Position numbers and translations under genes: made by a program
Source of the DNA: Aliivibrio fischeri ES114
Lineage (GTDB): Bacteria > Pseudomonadota > Gammaproteobacteria > Enterobacterales > Vibrionaceae
Strand: one strand, 5' to 3'
Assembly: GCF_000011805.1 (NCBI RefSeq)
Contig: NC_006840.2
Length of the DNA: 32,000 nucleotides
The notes under the pieces: generated by a model
Databases searched by the model: none
What the model saw: only the letters and a program-made list of their open reading frames with translations
Told to the model about the DNA's origin: nothing
Shown here: in pieces, positions 19,662-28,775 of the stretch
How the letters are laid out: each line of letters opens with the position of its first letter
How positions within the stretch are numbered: the first letter of the stretch is position 1

Positions 19662-21471
19662 AGAACAAGCACAGCAACCAAGTGATATGTTCTTGTTTAA
19701 ACGATTGGTCGCTTATTCTCTTCCACATAAAATGCGATTTATTGTCGCGTTTATGATGCTATCGGTAGCGATAAGTGCTGAAATGGCGATTCCATGGATG
19801 GCGAAGATTATCCTTGATGACGTTATCGTACCGCAGCAATTTGAATGGCCACATCTGATAGGGCTTGTTAGCTTAGTAATGGTGTTTTATGTGATATCGG
19901 CGTTATTTACTTATTTGCAAGCGGTGTCATTTCGTCACAGTGCCTTGTTAGTGATTAATGATGTGAGAAAACAGTTGTTTAATCATGTGCTGAATTTTCC
20001 AATCAGCACCTTTGATAAATTATCCGCTGGTAAATTGGTTTCTTATATCACTAATGATACTGAATCGATGCGTGATATGTTTGTTTCAACGATACCTACA
20101 ATCATTCAAGGTAGCTTACGCATCATTGCGATATTTATTGCGATAGCGATCTTGGATTGGCGCTTGATGTTATTGAGCTTAGTTTTGATCCCGATACTAC
20201 TGACAACAATGCATTTGTATCGAAAAATCTCAATGCCAGTGTTTAATGGGATTAGAGAGCAGGTCAGTAATATTAATGGACGTATTAACGAATCGTTACA
20301 AGGAATGTCACTGATTCAGGCGTTTAATCAAGAAAAAGTGTTTAAAGATAAGTTTGAAAAAGAAAACCAACGTTGGTTTGAGTTTAGAACGAAATCAATC
20401 GCGATTGATAGCTTAATGCTTATTCCATTAACACGTTTAGTCTCCAATTTAACGGCTGTTGGTATTGTAGCGTGGTTCGCTAATGCATCATTAACGACAG
20501 TGGTTGAAATCGGAACGCTATATGCATTTTTAAATTATATAGAACGCTTTTTTGACCCATTCCGACAACTTTCAATGGAGTTACGTAAATTACAAGTGGC
20601 GACTGTTGCATCAAAACGAGTGTTTGAGTTGCTAGATGAAAAATCAGAACAGAATCGTTACCCTCAAGAATTTGCAGAGTTAGTCACACCACATGATATT
20701 GAGTTTAAGAATGTGAATCTAAGTTATGATGAGGAACATTTGGTTTTATCTGATGTGAGTTTTGTAGCTAAAGGTGGGAAGTTTACGGCGATAGTAGGTC
20801 ATACGGGCAGTGGAAAAAGCTCAGTAATCAATTTGCTTATGAGATTCTACCAACATCAAAAAGGCTCCATCTTAATTGGAGGCCAACCGATTGAATCACT
20901 GCCAGAAATTCAATTGAGAAAAATGTTTGGTTTAGTATCTCAAGACCCAACTATATTTAGTGGCTCGATAATTGAAAATATTGATTTATCACATTCAACC
21001 CCAGATAAAGAAAAGGTAATTGCAGCAGCGCAGCAGGTAAAAGCACATCAATTTATTAATCGATTAACTAATGGTTATGAGCATCAACCAGGGCATGGCG
21101 GCGCATCACTTTCAGTGGGAGAAAGGCAGCTTTTAGCATTAGCTCGTGCTATTTCGCACCAACCAAGTATTTTCTTATTGGATGAAGCGACTGCAAATAT
21201 TGATAGTGAAACGGAAGAAGCAGTAAAAGAAGCATTAGAAAATATTCAAGATGGGAGAACAGTAATCATGGTCGCTCATCGATTATCAACGATAAAAAAT
21301 GCGGATCAAATTTTGGTCATGAATAAAGGAAAAGTGGTTCAAAGTGGCACGCATGACGAGCTTATTATTCAAGATGGTGATTACCGAAGTTTATATTTAG
21401 CGCAAAAAGCGCAAGAAGAAAATGAACATCAGAATAGCACACTTGGTTTAGCTGGAATTAACGCAGCTTGA
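19654..21471 (+). CDS. MdlB-like ABC transporter, fused TMD-NBD half with consensus Walker B Glu and H-loop
   Basis: Walker A GHTGSGKSS; signature LSVGERQLLALARA; Walker B SIFLLDEATANID; H-loop IMVAHRLST; start overlaps the upstream half by 8 nt. Confidence 0.9.
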   Translation: MSKEQAQQPSDMFLFKRLVAYSLPHKMRFIVAFMMLSVAISAEMAIPWMAKIILDDVIVPQQFEWPHLIGLVSLVMVFYVISALFTYLQAVSFRHSALLVINDVRKQLFNHVLNFPISTFDKLSAGKLVSYITNDTESMRDMFVSTIPTIIQGSLRIIAIFIAIAILDWRLMLLSLVLIPILLTTMHLYRKISMPVFNGIREQVSNINGRINESLQGMSLIQAFNQEKVFKDKFEKENQRWFEFRTKSIAIDSLMLIPLTRLVSNLTAVGIVAWFANASLTTVVEIGTLYAFLNYIERFFDPFRQLSMELRKLQVATVASKRVFELLDEKSEQNRYPQEFAELVTPHDIEFKNVNLSYDEEHLVLSDVSFVAKGGKFTAIVGHTGSGKSSVINLLMRFYQHQKGSILIGGQPIESLPEIQLRKMFGLVSQDPTIFSGSIIENIDLSHSTPDKEKVIAAAQQVKAHQFINRLTNGYEHQPGHGGASLSVGERQLLALARAISHQPSIFLLDEATANIDSETEEAVKEALENIQDGRTVIMVAHRLSTIKNADQILVMNKGKVVQSGTHDELIIQDGDYRSLYLAQKAQEENEHQNSTLGLAGINAA

Positions 21472-21495
21472 ATTATTGAATTTAGAGTTATAAAA

Positions 21496-22956
21496 ATGAA
21501 TACAGAAAAAAAACTGTTGGTTTCTCAACAAATCATTGAAGATGCATGTGAATGGGCAATCATGCATGGGGTAGCATTCAGACAAGCAGATAATACGGCA
21601 AGACATTGTCCATTTAGTATCGCTCCTATGAGTATCGAGCGTGATGTGTATCAACATTTGTTGAGAGTGACTCCGTTAATCACTAAATTAATCCATAACG
21701 TTTCTGAAGATCATGATTTTCTCCAATCATCATTAAGTGATATGGCAAAAGCTGATCCGTTCTTTGGTTTATTAATGTCATTACATCAACAACTGCATGG
21801 TGACGCTCATAATAAACTTGTTGCTGAGCGTCAGCCGTTATTATTGATGCGAACTGATTTTATGGATGATCGTCAACACGGTGCAAAAGTCATTGAATTT
21901 AATGGTATTGCAGCTGGCATGGGGCCTTTTGGTCAACGAGCGGCAGAACTTCATGCGTTTATGAAACAGCAATGGCCAAATACGTATCACCAATGGATTG
22001 AAGATGCATCGGCTGTGCCTGCTGAAAATCAAGGTTTAGAACAACTTGCATATGGTATTGCAGCGGCAGCGAAATCGGTAAATGCGCATTTTGGTAATGA
22101 AAGCAAACCGACATTCTTGATGGTTGTACAAAAGAATGAAGATAACGTGTATGACCAACATTTGTTGGAAGTTGAACTCCAAAAGCAAGGTGTTCGAACG
22201 GTTCGAAGAACGTTTGAACAATTAAGAACTCAGCTATCTAGTGGTGATAATAAACGTTTATTGCTAGAAAACGTTGGTGCTGTTGATGTGGTTTATTTAC
22301 GTGCAGGCTATCAGTATGAGGATTATTTCTCAGCAGAGCTTAATGAGCCTATTTGTTGTCATACGTTGAGCCAAACAAGGTTATTTATTGAACAGCATCA
22401 TGTTGCCGTTAATGCAACGATTAGTCAGCAATTAGCGACCAGTAAATCAATGCAAATGTTGTTAACTATGATGCCAGAAAGTGAATATTCTCGTTGGGGA
22501 TTGAGTATAGATGAAGCATCATTGGTTAAAAGCGTTTTAGCTGATATGAAACCGATTAATACCGATACTATTCATTGGTTTACCCTTAATGCAAATAAGT
22601 CTGAATGGGTATTAAAAAATCAAGGTGAAGGTGGTGGTCATTGCGTTTTTGGTGATGATATTACCCAAAAGCTTAATCAATTAGATGCTGCAGAATATGA
22701 TGCATGGGCGTTAATGCAGCGCTTATACCCTCATGAACGTGATACACCAACGGTTGCGGTTCGAGATGGTGAACAGACTCTTGTAAATGATTTAGTGAGC
22801 GAAATAGGGCTGTTTACCGCTTATTACAATGGTAAGCCGGTCACTGAGCTGAATGGTTATGCGGGTTATTTAATTCGTAGTAAGCCTGCCAGTGAAAATG
22901 AAGGTGGAATTCATAGCGGAAAAGGCATTTTAGATTCTCTGGTTTTAGTGGATTAA
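21496..22956 (+). CDS. Eukaryotic-type glutathione synthetase (GSS-like ATP-grasp ligase)
   Basis: Co-linear motifs with eukaryotic GSS: LMRTDFM, KVIEFNGIAAG, VVQKNEDNVYDQHLLEVELQKQGVRTVRRTFEQL, VVYLRAGYQYEDY, VLKNQGEGGGHCVFGDD, EIGLFTAYYNG...GYLIRSKPASENEGGIHSGKGILD. Not the bacterial GshB fold family. Confidence 0.88.
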   Translation: MNTEKKLLVSQQIIEDACEWAIMHGVAFRQADNTARHCPFSIAPMSIERDVYQHLLRVTPLITKLIHNVSEDHDFLQSSLSDMAKADPFFGLLMSLHQQLHGDAHNKLVAERQPLLLMRTDFMDDRQHGAKVIEFNGIAAGMGPFGQRAAELHAFMKQQWPNTYHQWIEDASAVPAENQGLEQLAYGIAAAAKSVNAHFGNESKPTFLMVVQKNEDNVYDQHLLEVELQKQGVRTVRRTFEQLRTQLSSGDNKRLLLENVGAVDVVYLRAGYQYEDYFSAELNEPICCHTLSQTRLFIEQHHVAVNATISQQLATSKSMQMLLTMMPESEYSRWGLSIDEASLVKSVLADMKPINTDTIHWFTLNANKSEWVLKNQGEGGGHCVFGDDITQKLNQLDAAEYDAWALMQRLYPHERDTPTVAVRDGEQTLVNDLVSEIGLFTAYYNGKPVTELNGYAGYLIRSKPASENEGGIHSGKGILDSLVLVD

Positions 22957-23085
22957 CTTTTCCTTAATACAAACTGAACCAAACATTAAAATAGCTCACA
23001 AAAAATACGAGTCTCAATTGTGGACTCACACTCAGTTTATGCATTTAAGTACCTTATGGTCATTGAATAAATGAGGTGTTTTTTA

Positions 23086-23319
23086 ATGGCTGATATTTTT
23101 GTTTGGCTCGGTGTTGTAGTGTTTCTCGTTGGCGGTGCTTTGCTAGTCTTAGAGGCTTTTAGCCAGAGTATTGTGTGGGGGATGTTGTGCATCATTTTTA
23201 ATCCTATTGCGATTGTCTTTTGTAGTATGCATTGGAAAGATGCCAAATACCCTTTTGCCATTCAGAGTATAGGGCTTGTTATCACATTATTAAGTTTATT
23301 GTTACAGTCTAATTATTGA
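23086..23319 (+). CDS. Small two-TM hypothetical membrane protein
   Basis: MADIFVWLGVVVFLVGGALLVLEAFSQSIVWGMLCIIFNPIAIVF; ATG 23086 preferred over 23071. Confidence 0.6.
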   Translation: MADIFVWLGVVVFLVGGALLVLEAFSQSIVWGMLCIIFNPIAIVFCSMHWKDAKYPFAIQSIGLVITLLSLLLQSNY

Positions 23320-23385
23320 TTTTCACTTTATTCATACAATGACTTTCGGTACATTGAGTGAATCGTTAATAAAGAGAACGGAAAC

Positions 23386-23808
23386 ATGTTTGAAGTAAAA
23401 AATGTTGCATATATAAATAAAGAAAAAGAAGAAATCCGTTCTATTCGAGATTCGGTTTTTATTCAAGAGCAAGAGATCGATCCTGAAATTGAATTTGATG
23501 GTTTAGACTCAAGTGCTGTTCATGCGCTTGTGTATTGTGATGGAGAAGCGGTTGGAACTGGACGCATTTTAAGTGATGGTCATATTGGACGCATTGCGAT
23601 TTTAAAAGCGTATCGCTCTAAAGGTTTAGGTTCTAAAATTGTATTATCACTTATAGAAGAAGCGGTAAGCCAAAACTATGAGCGTGTATATTTAGGCTCT
23701 CAAAAACACGCTATTCAGTTTTATGAAAAACTAGGTTTCCGACCTTATGGCGAAGAGTTTATTGAAGCCGATATTCCACACCTATCAATGGAAAAAATGA
23801 TTAAGTAG
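23386..23808 (+). CDS. GNAT family N-acetyltransferase
   Basis: RIAILKAYRSKGLGSKIVLSLIEEA acetyl-CoA binding motif; IQFYEKLGFRPYGEEF. Confidence 0.9.
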   Translation: MFEVKNVAYINKEKEEIRSIRDSVFIQEQEIDPEIEFDGLDSSAVHALVYCDGEAVGTGRILSDGHIGRIAILKAYRSKGLGSKIVLSLIEEAVSQNYERVYLGSQKHAIQFYEKLGFRPYGEEFIEADIPHLSMEKMIK

Positions 23809-23818
23809 TCAATTGTTT

Positions 23819-23851
23819 AAAGGTTCTTATTAAAAAGTGATAAGAACCTTT
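23819..23851. terminator. Bidirectional terminator between convergent GNAT and MDR genes
   Basis: AAAGGTTCTTAT-taaaaagtg-ATAAGAACCTTT, perfect 12-bp stem. Confidence 0.7.
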
Positions 23852-24810
23852 CCTTTATTAACCGTTCTGGTTTTTTCAATATATTGAATCGCATGATGAA
23901 TTTCTTTTAAAGAGAAATAACGATCAATTGTTGTATCTGCAATTCCTTGATGAACAAGATTCATTACTTCATTCAATTTGTGTTGAATCAGCGGCTTTTC
24001 AGCTGAATGTATCCACTGCCTAAGATGAAAATATGAAAATTGAATATCAGGGCGTTGAATCCAGAAATCAGCAGGAATTGGTTGCTTAGACAATAAACCA
24101 TAATTAATAAACTGACCGTGTTCTTTTATGATGTGGGTGTATAAAAGGGCATCATCTCCACCAATGAAGTCTAATACAGCATCGATTTTATTATTTTTTG
24201 TTATATCGAGTAGCTGTTGGTAATCAGCATTATTTGATGTATTGATGATGGTGTGAACTCTGCAGTTTTCAAATTCTTCTATAGTGTTGTCTCGGCGAAC
24301 TAAAGCAATCGGTGTAATGCCTAAGTGATTTAACATTCGAATAAGCATTAATCCGATTGCCGAGTTGGCAGCATTAACAATAATAGACATATCAGAATGA
24401 ATATTGAGAGCTTCAGTTAGCATTAACCATGCAGTCATCGGATTTATATATGACGTTGCTGCTTGCTCATCGCTCAAATTTTCTGGAATGGTAAAGCACC
24501 ACTCCTCTTTTGTGTTTCGGTATTTTTGCCATGCGCCAGCAGTGCCAATAGGCAGCACTCTGTCACCAATTGAAAATATAGATGTTGAATCTGAGCATTT
24601 TGTTACCTTTCCTATACCTTCAAATCCAGGTACAAATGGTAATGTTATTCGAGAGCGATAGGCTCCTGAAATTGTTATTAGATCTGAGGGATTAATCGTA
24701 CTGAGCTTCATTTCTACTTGAAGTTCATTAATTAGTGGTTCTGAAGGGGAGTAATGTTCGAGTTGAACAGACTCTAATGCAGGTCCAAATTGTTGAATGA
24801 TGGCTCTCAT
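23830..24810 (-). CDS. MDR superfamily oxidoreductase (quinone/enoyl reductase-like)
   Basis: INPSDLITISGAYRSRITLPFVPGFEGIGKV, GDRVLPIG, IVNAANSAIGLMLIRM; start MRAII at 24810 preferred over 24870. Confidence 0.82.
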   Translation of the reverse strand: MRAIIQQFGPALESVQLEHYSPSEPLINELQVEMKLSTINPSDLITISGAYRSRITLPFVPGFEGIGKVTKCSDSTSIFSIGDRVLPIGTAGAWQKYRNTKEEWCFTIPENLSDEQAATSYINPMTAWLMLTEALNIHSDMSIIVNAANSAIGLMLIRMLNHLGITPIALVRRDNTIEEFENCRVHTIINTSNNADYQQLLDITKNNKIDAVLDFIGGDDALLYTHIIKEHGQFINYGLLSKQPIPADFWIQRPDIQFSYFHLRQWIHSAEKPLIQHKLNEVMNLVHQGIADTTIDRYFSLKEIHHAIQYIEKTRTVNKGKVLITF

Positions 24811-24891
24811 TGAATTTAAGATATTGGTAAATAATGTTTTATGTGTAGCATAATGAGCGTGTAATACCAAGCTTACCAGTGATATCTATTA

Positions 24892-24925
24892 AAAAAGCAC
24901 AACATACTTATGCTGTGCTTTTTAG
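24892..24925. terminator. Bidirectional hairpin terminator
   Basis: AAAAAGCACAACATA-ctta...TGCTGTGCTTTTT, one internal mismatch, flanked by A and T runs. Confidence 0.65.
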
Positions 24926-24941
24926 TATTCAAGATTGTGCT

Positions 24942-25259
24942 TTAGTAATCGCTATCACTTGGTTCAATGAAGAATTCACCATCAATGGTTTCTGCAATTT
25001 CCAGAATTTTAACGATTTCACCATTAATTGTGATGTTAGCTAAACGAACAGGATCTTCATCATAAGGATGGAAAGGAGCCATTTGAACTTCAATACGGTA
25101 CTCTTCACCATCTTTACCTTGAAACCAGCCTTCACCGAATTCAAGTTCAGTTTCATCACCTTCTTCTTCACAAGTATGGTAAGCAGAAACTAATTGAGCA
25201 CCTTCAAAATTTAATGTGGTGTTTTCTTCCCACTCAACAACGTATTGTGCGTCTTCCAT
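24942..25259 (-). CDS. Acidic hypothetical protein, 105 aa
   Basis: Intact ORF MEDAQYVVEWEENTTLNFEGAQLV... followed by a hairpin terminator; no domain recognised. Confidence 0.7.
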   Translation of the reverse strand: MEDAQYVVEWEENTTLNFEGAQLVSAYHTCEEEGDETELEFGEGWFQGKDGEEYRIEVQMAPFHPYDEDPVRLANITINGEIVKILEIAETIDGEFFIEPSDSDY

Positions 25260-25322
25260 TTTAATATCTCATAATTATTTAAGTGCGCATTGTAGCGCGC
25301 ACTGTAATAAGAATCTAAGGAA

Positions 25323-26483
25323 TTATTCGCCGGCAACCATCGGACGGTGTTGACGAATATTAGCGAATATCATGTAAATAGCTGTTGCTAATAAAATAGC
25401 AAACAAGTAGCTCATAAGACCTTCGGCAGTATTCATTAATGTATTCGCCATAACAGGGCCACATACCGAACCAATACTGTAGCTAAAAAGCATTACTTGT
25501 GTTGCTGACACAATATAAGATTCATCCAGTTGATCACATCCAAGAGAGATCGCAATTGGATAAAGTGCAAACGCGGCCATACCAAGAAGAACTAAAGCTA
25601 CTGCTAGTACAGCAGCGTGATCACTCAATGCAGTTAAACCAACAGAGAAAACACCTAAAATACAAAATAGAGCCATTAATAGTGTTTTAGCAAAATGCTT
25701 CGATAAGTAAGAAACAATCGGTTGTACTGCCATGCCACCAAGAACAATAAGAGCCATTAGACTGCCGATTTGTGCAGTATTAATATTGCGATGTTTCAAT
25801 TCTAACGGCATTAAACCATATACTGCACCCAGTAGTAGGCCAGACACGACACAGCCCATGATAGAAGCTTTGTTTAGTTTTAGTATTTGTTTAAAGTTCA
25901 AAACATTGTGGTGTTGAACTTGAGGTTGTGCCCCTTTACCAAATAATAAACAAGCAATAGCCATCATGATTAAGCCAATGATCATGTAATATGGTAGTAG
26001 GCCCTCAATACCGATAAAGCCGATACCTAGTTGTCCTAGAGATGAACCACCATAAAGCGCACCCATGTATAAGCCTAAACGTTTTGGTCGACTTTCTGCA
26101 TCGCCAATTAATAGCCAAGACTCAACAACAACAAATACACCTGCAACTGCGATACCGGCAACGAATCTTGCTACCATCCAAAATAATTCATCAGGAATAG
26201 CAGGAAGAGCTATAATTGTTGCTGCAAGCAGGGCTAAGAATAAAACAAATGAGTTTTTATGGCCTAAACGAGCCACAAAAGGTTCGATAACACCGGCACC
26301 AACAAGTAGACCTGCATAAAAAGCACTGGCTAACCAACTGGCGTATTTCGCCTCAATCCCATATTGACTTAACATTAGGGGAATTAAGCTCATTAAATAC
26401 CCTGATGCAATAGCAAATAAAGAGAGAGCAATCACAGGAATAAGTAGACCAGATTGTGATTGAGTTGATGTTGTTTGTTCCAC
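25323..26483 (-). CDS. MFS transporter (YcaD-like)
   Basis: 12 hydrophobic segments; ESWLLIGDAESRPKRLGLYMGALYGGSSLGQL resembles the YcaD-like MFS subgroup. Confidence 0.83.
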   Translation of the reverse strand: MEQTTSTQSQSGLLIPVIALSLFAIASGYLMSLIPLMLSQYGIEAKYASWLASAFYAGLLVGAGVIEPFVARLGHKNSFVLFLALLAATIIALPAIPDELFWMVARFVAGIAVAGVFVVVESWLLIGDAESRPKRLGLYMGALYGGSSLGQLGIGFIGIEGLLPYYMIIGLIMMAIACLLFGKGAQPQVQHHNVLNFKQILKLNKASIMGCVVSGLLLGAVYGLMPLELKHRNINTAQIGSLMALIVLGGMAVQPIVSYLSKHFAKTLLMALFCILGVFSVGLTALSDHAAVLAVALVLLGMAAFALYPIAISLGCDQLDESYIVSATQVMLFSYSIGSVCGPVMANTLMNTAEGLMSYLFAILLATAIYMIFANIRQHRPMVAGE

Positions 26484-26722
26484 CGCAGTGCCTCAAAAAA
26501 AGTAATAGATAGGAAGTAATTTTCCGCGACTATGAGGCTAAAGAGTAACCAAGTAAAACGAGTAATTTTTCTCGTAAAGATAAATTTTGCTAATGGAAAT
26601 ATAATGAAGAAATTAGTGAATGGCTTATCTCATTTATGCAACAAATGTGATCTTGATCTTATTTCTTAAAAGATAGATTATTGCGCCACATTTATTACAA
26701 GAAATAATTAAAGAGGTGTGTT

Positions 26723-27358
26723 TTGAACACTATTTTACGTCAGATTTTTAATCCTAAAAGAATGCTATCCTATTGTTTATTAGCTTTAATCCCTGCTATT
26801 GCATTTTATGCATTATCACTATTTGCTCTTAACAAGGCACTAGGTTTCACTCCTATGGAAGTGCTGAGAGACTTGGCACAACAAACAGAAGTGCACAGTT
26901 TCCGTGGGTTTCTTTCAAACATTGGTGTGTGGTTTTGGGTTGGCTCAATTTCAATTGCTTTTTTCAGCGCAATTTTTATTCAAAGTGGTAAGACGCAACG
27001 TTTACTTTTTCTAATGGGAACGCTGGCATCAATTTTAGCTGTTGATGATTTTTTCTTGATTCATGACCGATACGTAAATCAATATATTTGTTATTTCTTT
27101 TATGCTGTCGTTGCACTTGCCATTTTAGCGTTACATTACAAAGATATTATTGAAATAGATGGCTTCTCATTTTTACTGGCTGGTGGGTTGCTAGCAAGTT
27201 CTATTGGTACTGATGTGATTCAAGGTTATTTACCTTTTGGTTACGAAATTACTCAAATTTTTGAGGAAGGCTGTAAATTTGCAGGTGCGGTATCTTGGTT
27301 CTACTTTACTTGTGTTGTCGCATCATTTGGAGTGACAAGAGTTAAGAACCAAGCTTGA
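26723..27358 (+). CDS. Hypothetical polytopic membrane protein
   Basis: 211 aa, about 6-7 hydrophobic segments, no recognisable family. Confidence 0.7.
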   Translation: MNTILRQIFNPKRMLSYCLLALIPAIAFYALSLFALNKALGFTPMEVLRDLAQQTEVHSFRGFLSNIGVWFWVGSISIAFFSAIFIQSGKTQRLLFLMGTLASILAVDDFFLIHDRYVNQYICYFFYAVVALAILALHYKDIIEIDGFSFLLAGGLLASSIGTDVIQGYLPFGYEITQIFEEGCKFAGAVSWFYFTCVVASFGVTRVKNQA

Positions 27359-27407
27359 TAAGGATTGAGCAGTATTTAAATATGAATACTGCTCTTTTTT
27401 ATACAGA

Positions 27408-28265
27408 TTAAGATTGATGATGTCTTTTTTCTAATTTCTGATTAACAAGAAGCGCCAATAAAATTAAAGCACCGCCAATGCTTAGCCTTAGAATGTCAGC
27501 ATCTCGATTCCATATTAATAGATTAACTAAGATACCAGCAGGAATAAGTAGATTATTCATTACGGCTAAAACACCAACATTCACCAGTGTTGCACCTTTA
27601 TTCCACATAAAATACCCCATGCCTGATGCTATCACGCCAAGATAAATTAATACTCCCCACTGAACGGATGTTGTTGGCAGCTTTTCACTATTTCCGAATA
27701 ATAAATAGCAAGTACTGGCAACAATAAATGCACCTATAAAGAAGAAACCAAAAACCGTTTTTTGCTCAATTTCTTGATCTTTCATTAAACGTTTATAGCA
27801 AACTTGTCCTGTTGCAAAACAAAGGTTCGCACCTTGAACGAGTCCAAACCCTAATAAAAATCCTGCATCAATTCCATTATATCGAATGGCAATTGCACCT
27901 AGTGTTGCTATTACGGCACTGATCATAAAGTGCGAATGAAATTTACCTTCAAATGCATCATTTAATAAAGTGATATAAATAGGAGTCATTACAGTAAAAA
28001 GCAAAACTTCAGGAACGGTAAGATATAAGAAGGATTGATAGTAGAAGACGTACATTAATCCTAATTGAATCGCACCAATAGCCATTAATTTAAGCGCTGT
28101 ATTCAATGAGATATTTTTTGGGCGTAGAAAAGGAAGAAAAACTAAAGTAGCTAAACCAATACGCATTAGCACAGAAAACCAAGCATCAACTTGGCCAGCT
28201 AAATATACGCCGATAAGGCTAAATGAAAAAGCCCATAGTAGAGTAATTGAAAGTAAATATGACAT
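27408..28265 (-). CDS. EamA/DMT family transporter (carboxylate/amino acid/amine transporter-like)
   Basis: 10-TM EamA-like organisation; LLWAFSFSLIGVYLAG, LIYLGVIASGMGYFMWNKG. Confidence 0.87.
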   Translation of the reverse strand: MSYLLSITLLWAFSFSLIGVYLAGQVDAWFSVLMRIGLATLVFLPFLRPKNISLNTALKLMAIGAIQLGLMYVFYYQSFLYLTVPEVLLFTVMTPIYITLLNDAFEGKFHSHFMISAVIATLGAIAIRYNGIDAGFLLGFGLVQGANLCFATGQVCYKRLMKDQEIEQKTVFGFFFIGAFIVASTCYLLFGNSEKLPTTSVQWGVLIYLGVIASGMGYFMWNKGATLVNVGVLAVMNNLLIPAGILVNLLIWNRDADILRLSIGGALILLALLVNQKLEKRHHQS

Positions 28266-28335
28266 ATCTCATCTCGTAATAAAAACAATGTACGCATTCT
28301 AAATGAGATTTACTATCAGTAAAGGAAAAAGACAA

Positions 28336-28363
28336 ATAAAAAAGGCTGAAGAGTCAGCCTTAA
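28336..28363 (-). terminator. Terminator for the DUF333 lipoprotein gene
   Basis: AAGGCTGA-agag-TCAGCCTT; on the - strand followed by TTTTTATTTG. Confidence 0.75.
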
Positions 28364-28385
28364 TTATTTCTAGATGTTGTTCGTG

Positions 28386-28748
28386 TTATTTCTGGCTGCT
28401 ACGAAAGAAATCCCAAGCATTAACTTTCTCACCCGTCTTTAACACGCATGTGCTGTCATTTAAGTTGTATGTGCCTTCTTGCTCAACACAATATGTTGTG
28501 GCAGGATTTGGTTTGCCAATAGGCTTAGTCATGGATTGTTTATGGTTACGGTAGTATTCCCAAGCGTTAACTACATCGCCATTGCCAAGTGTACAGTTAC
28601 CTGTATCTAAGTCATAAGTTCCGCGCTCTGCACAAAATGTTGCTGCTGGATTGGTTGCATTTGCTTTAGTTGGTTCTGGAGTTTCAGATGAACTGCACGC
28701 AGCTAATGTTAATAGCATCGAAACCGTAATTACTGTTTTTTTAAGCAT
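28386..28748 (-). CDS. Lipoprotein with two tandem DUF333 domains
   Basis: Lipobox LAACSS; repeats NPAATFCAERGTYDLDTGNCTLGNGDVVNAWEYYR and NPATTYCVEQEGTYNLNDSTCVLKTGEKVNAWDFFR. Confidence 0.82.
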   Translation of the reverse strand: MLKKTVITVSMLLTLAACSSSETPEPTKANATNPAATFCAERGTYDLDTGNCTLGNGDVVNAWEYYRNHKQSMTKPIGKPNPATTYCVEQEGTYNLNDSTCVLKTGEKVNAWDFFRSSQK

Positions 28749-28775
28749 TAGAGTGTCCTTTGAATTATGATGTTG

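Noticed and set aside
21448-22221. Three antisense ORFs inside the glutathione synthetase gene
   Set aside because: Shadow ORFs of a clearly conserved coding sequence.
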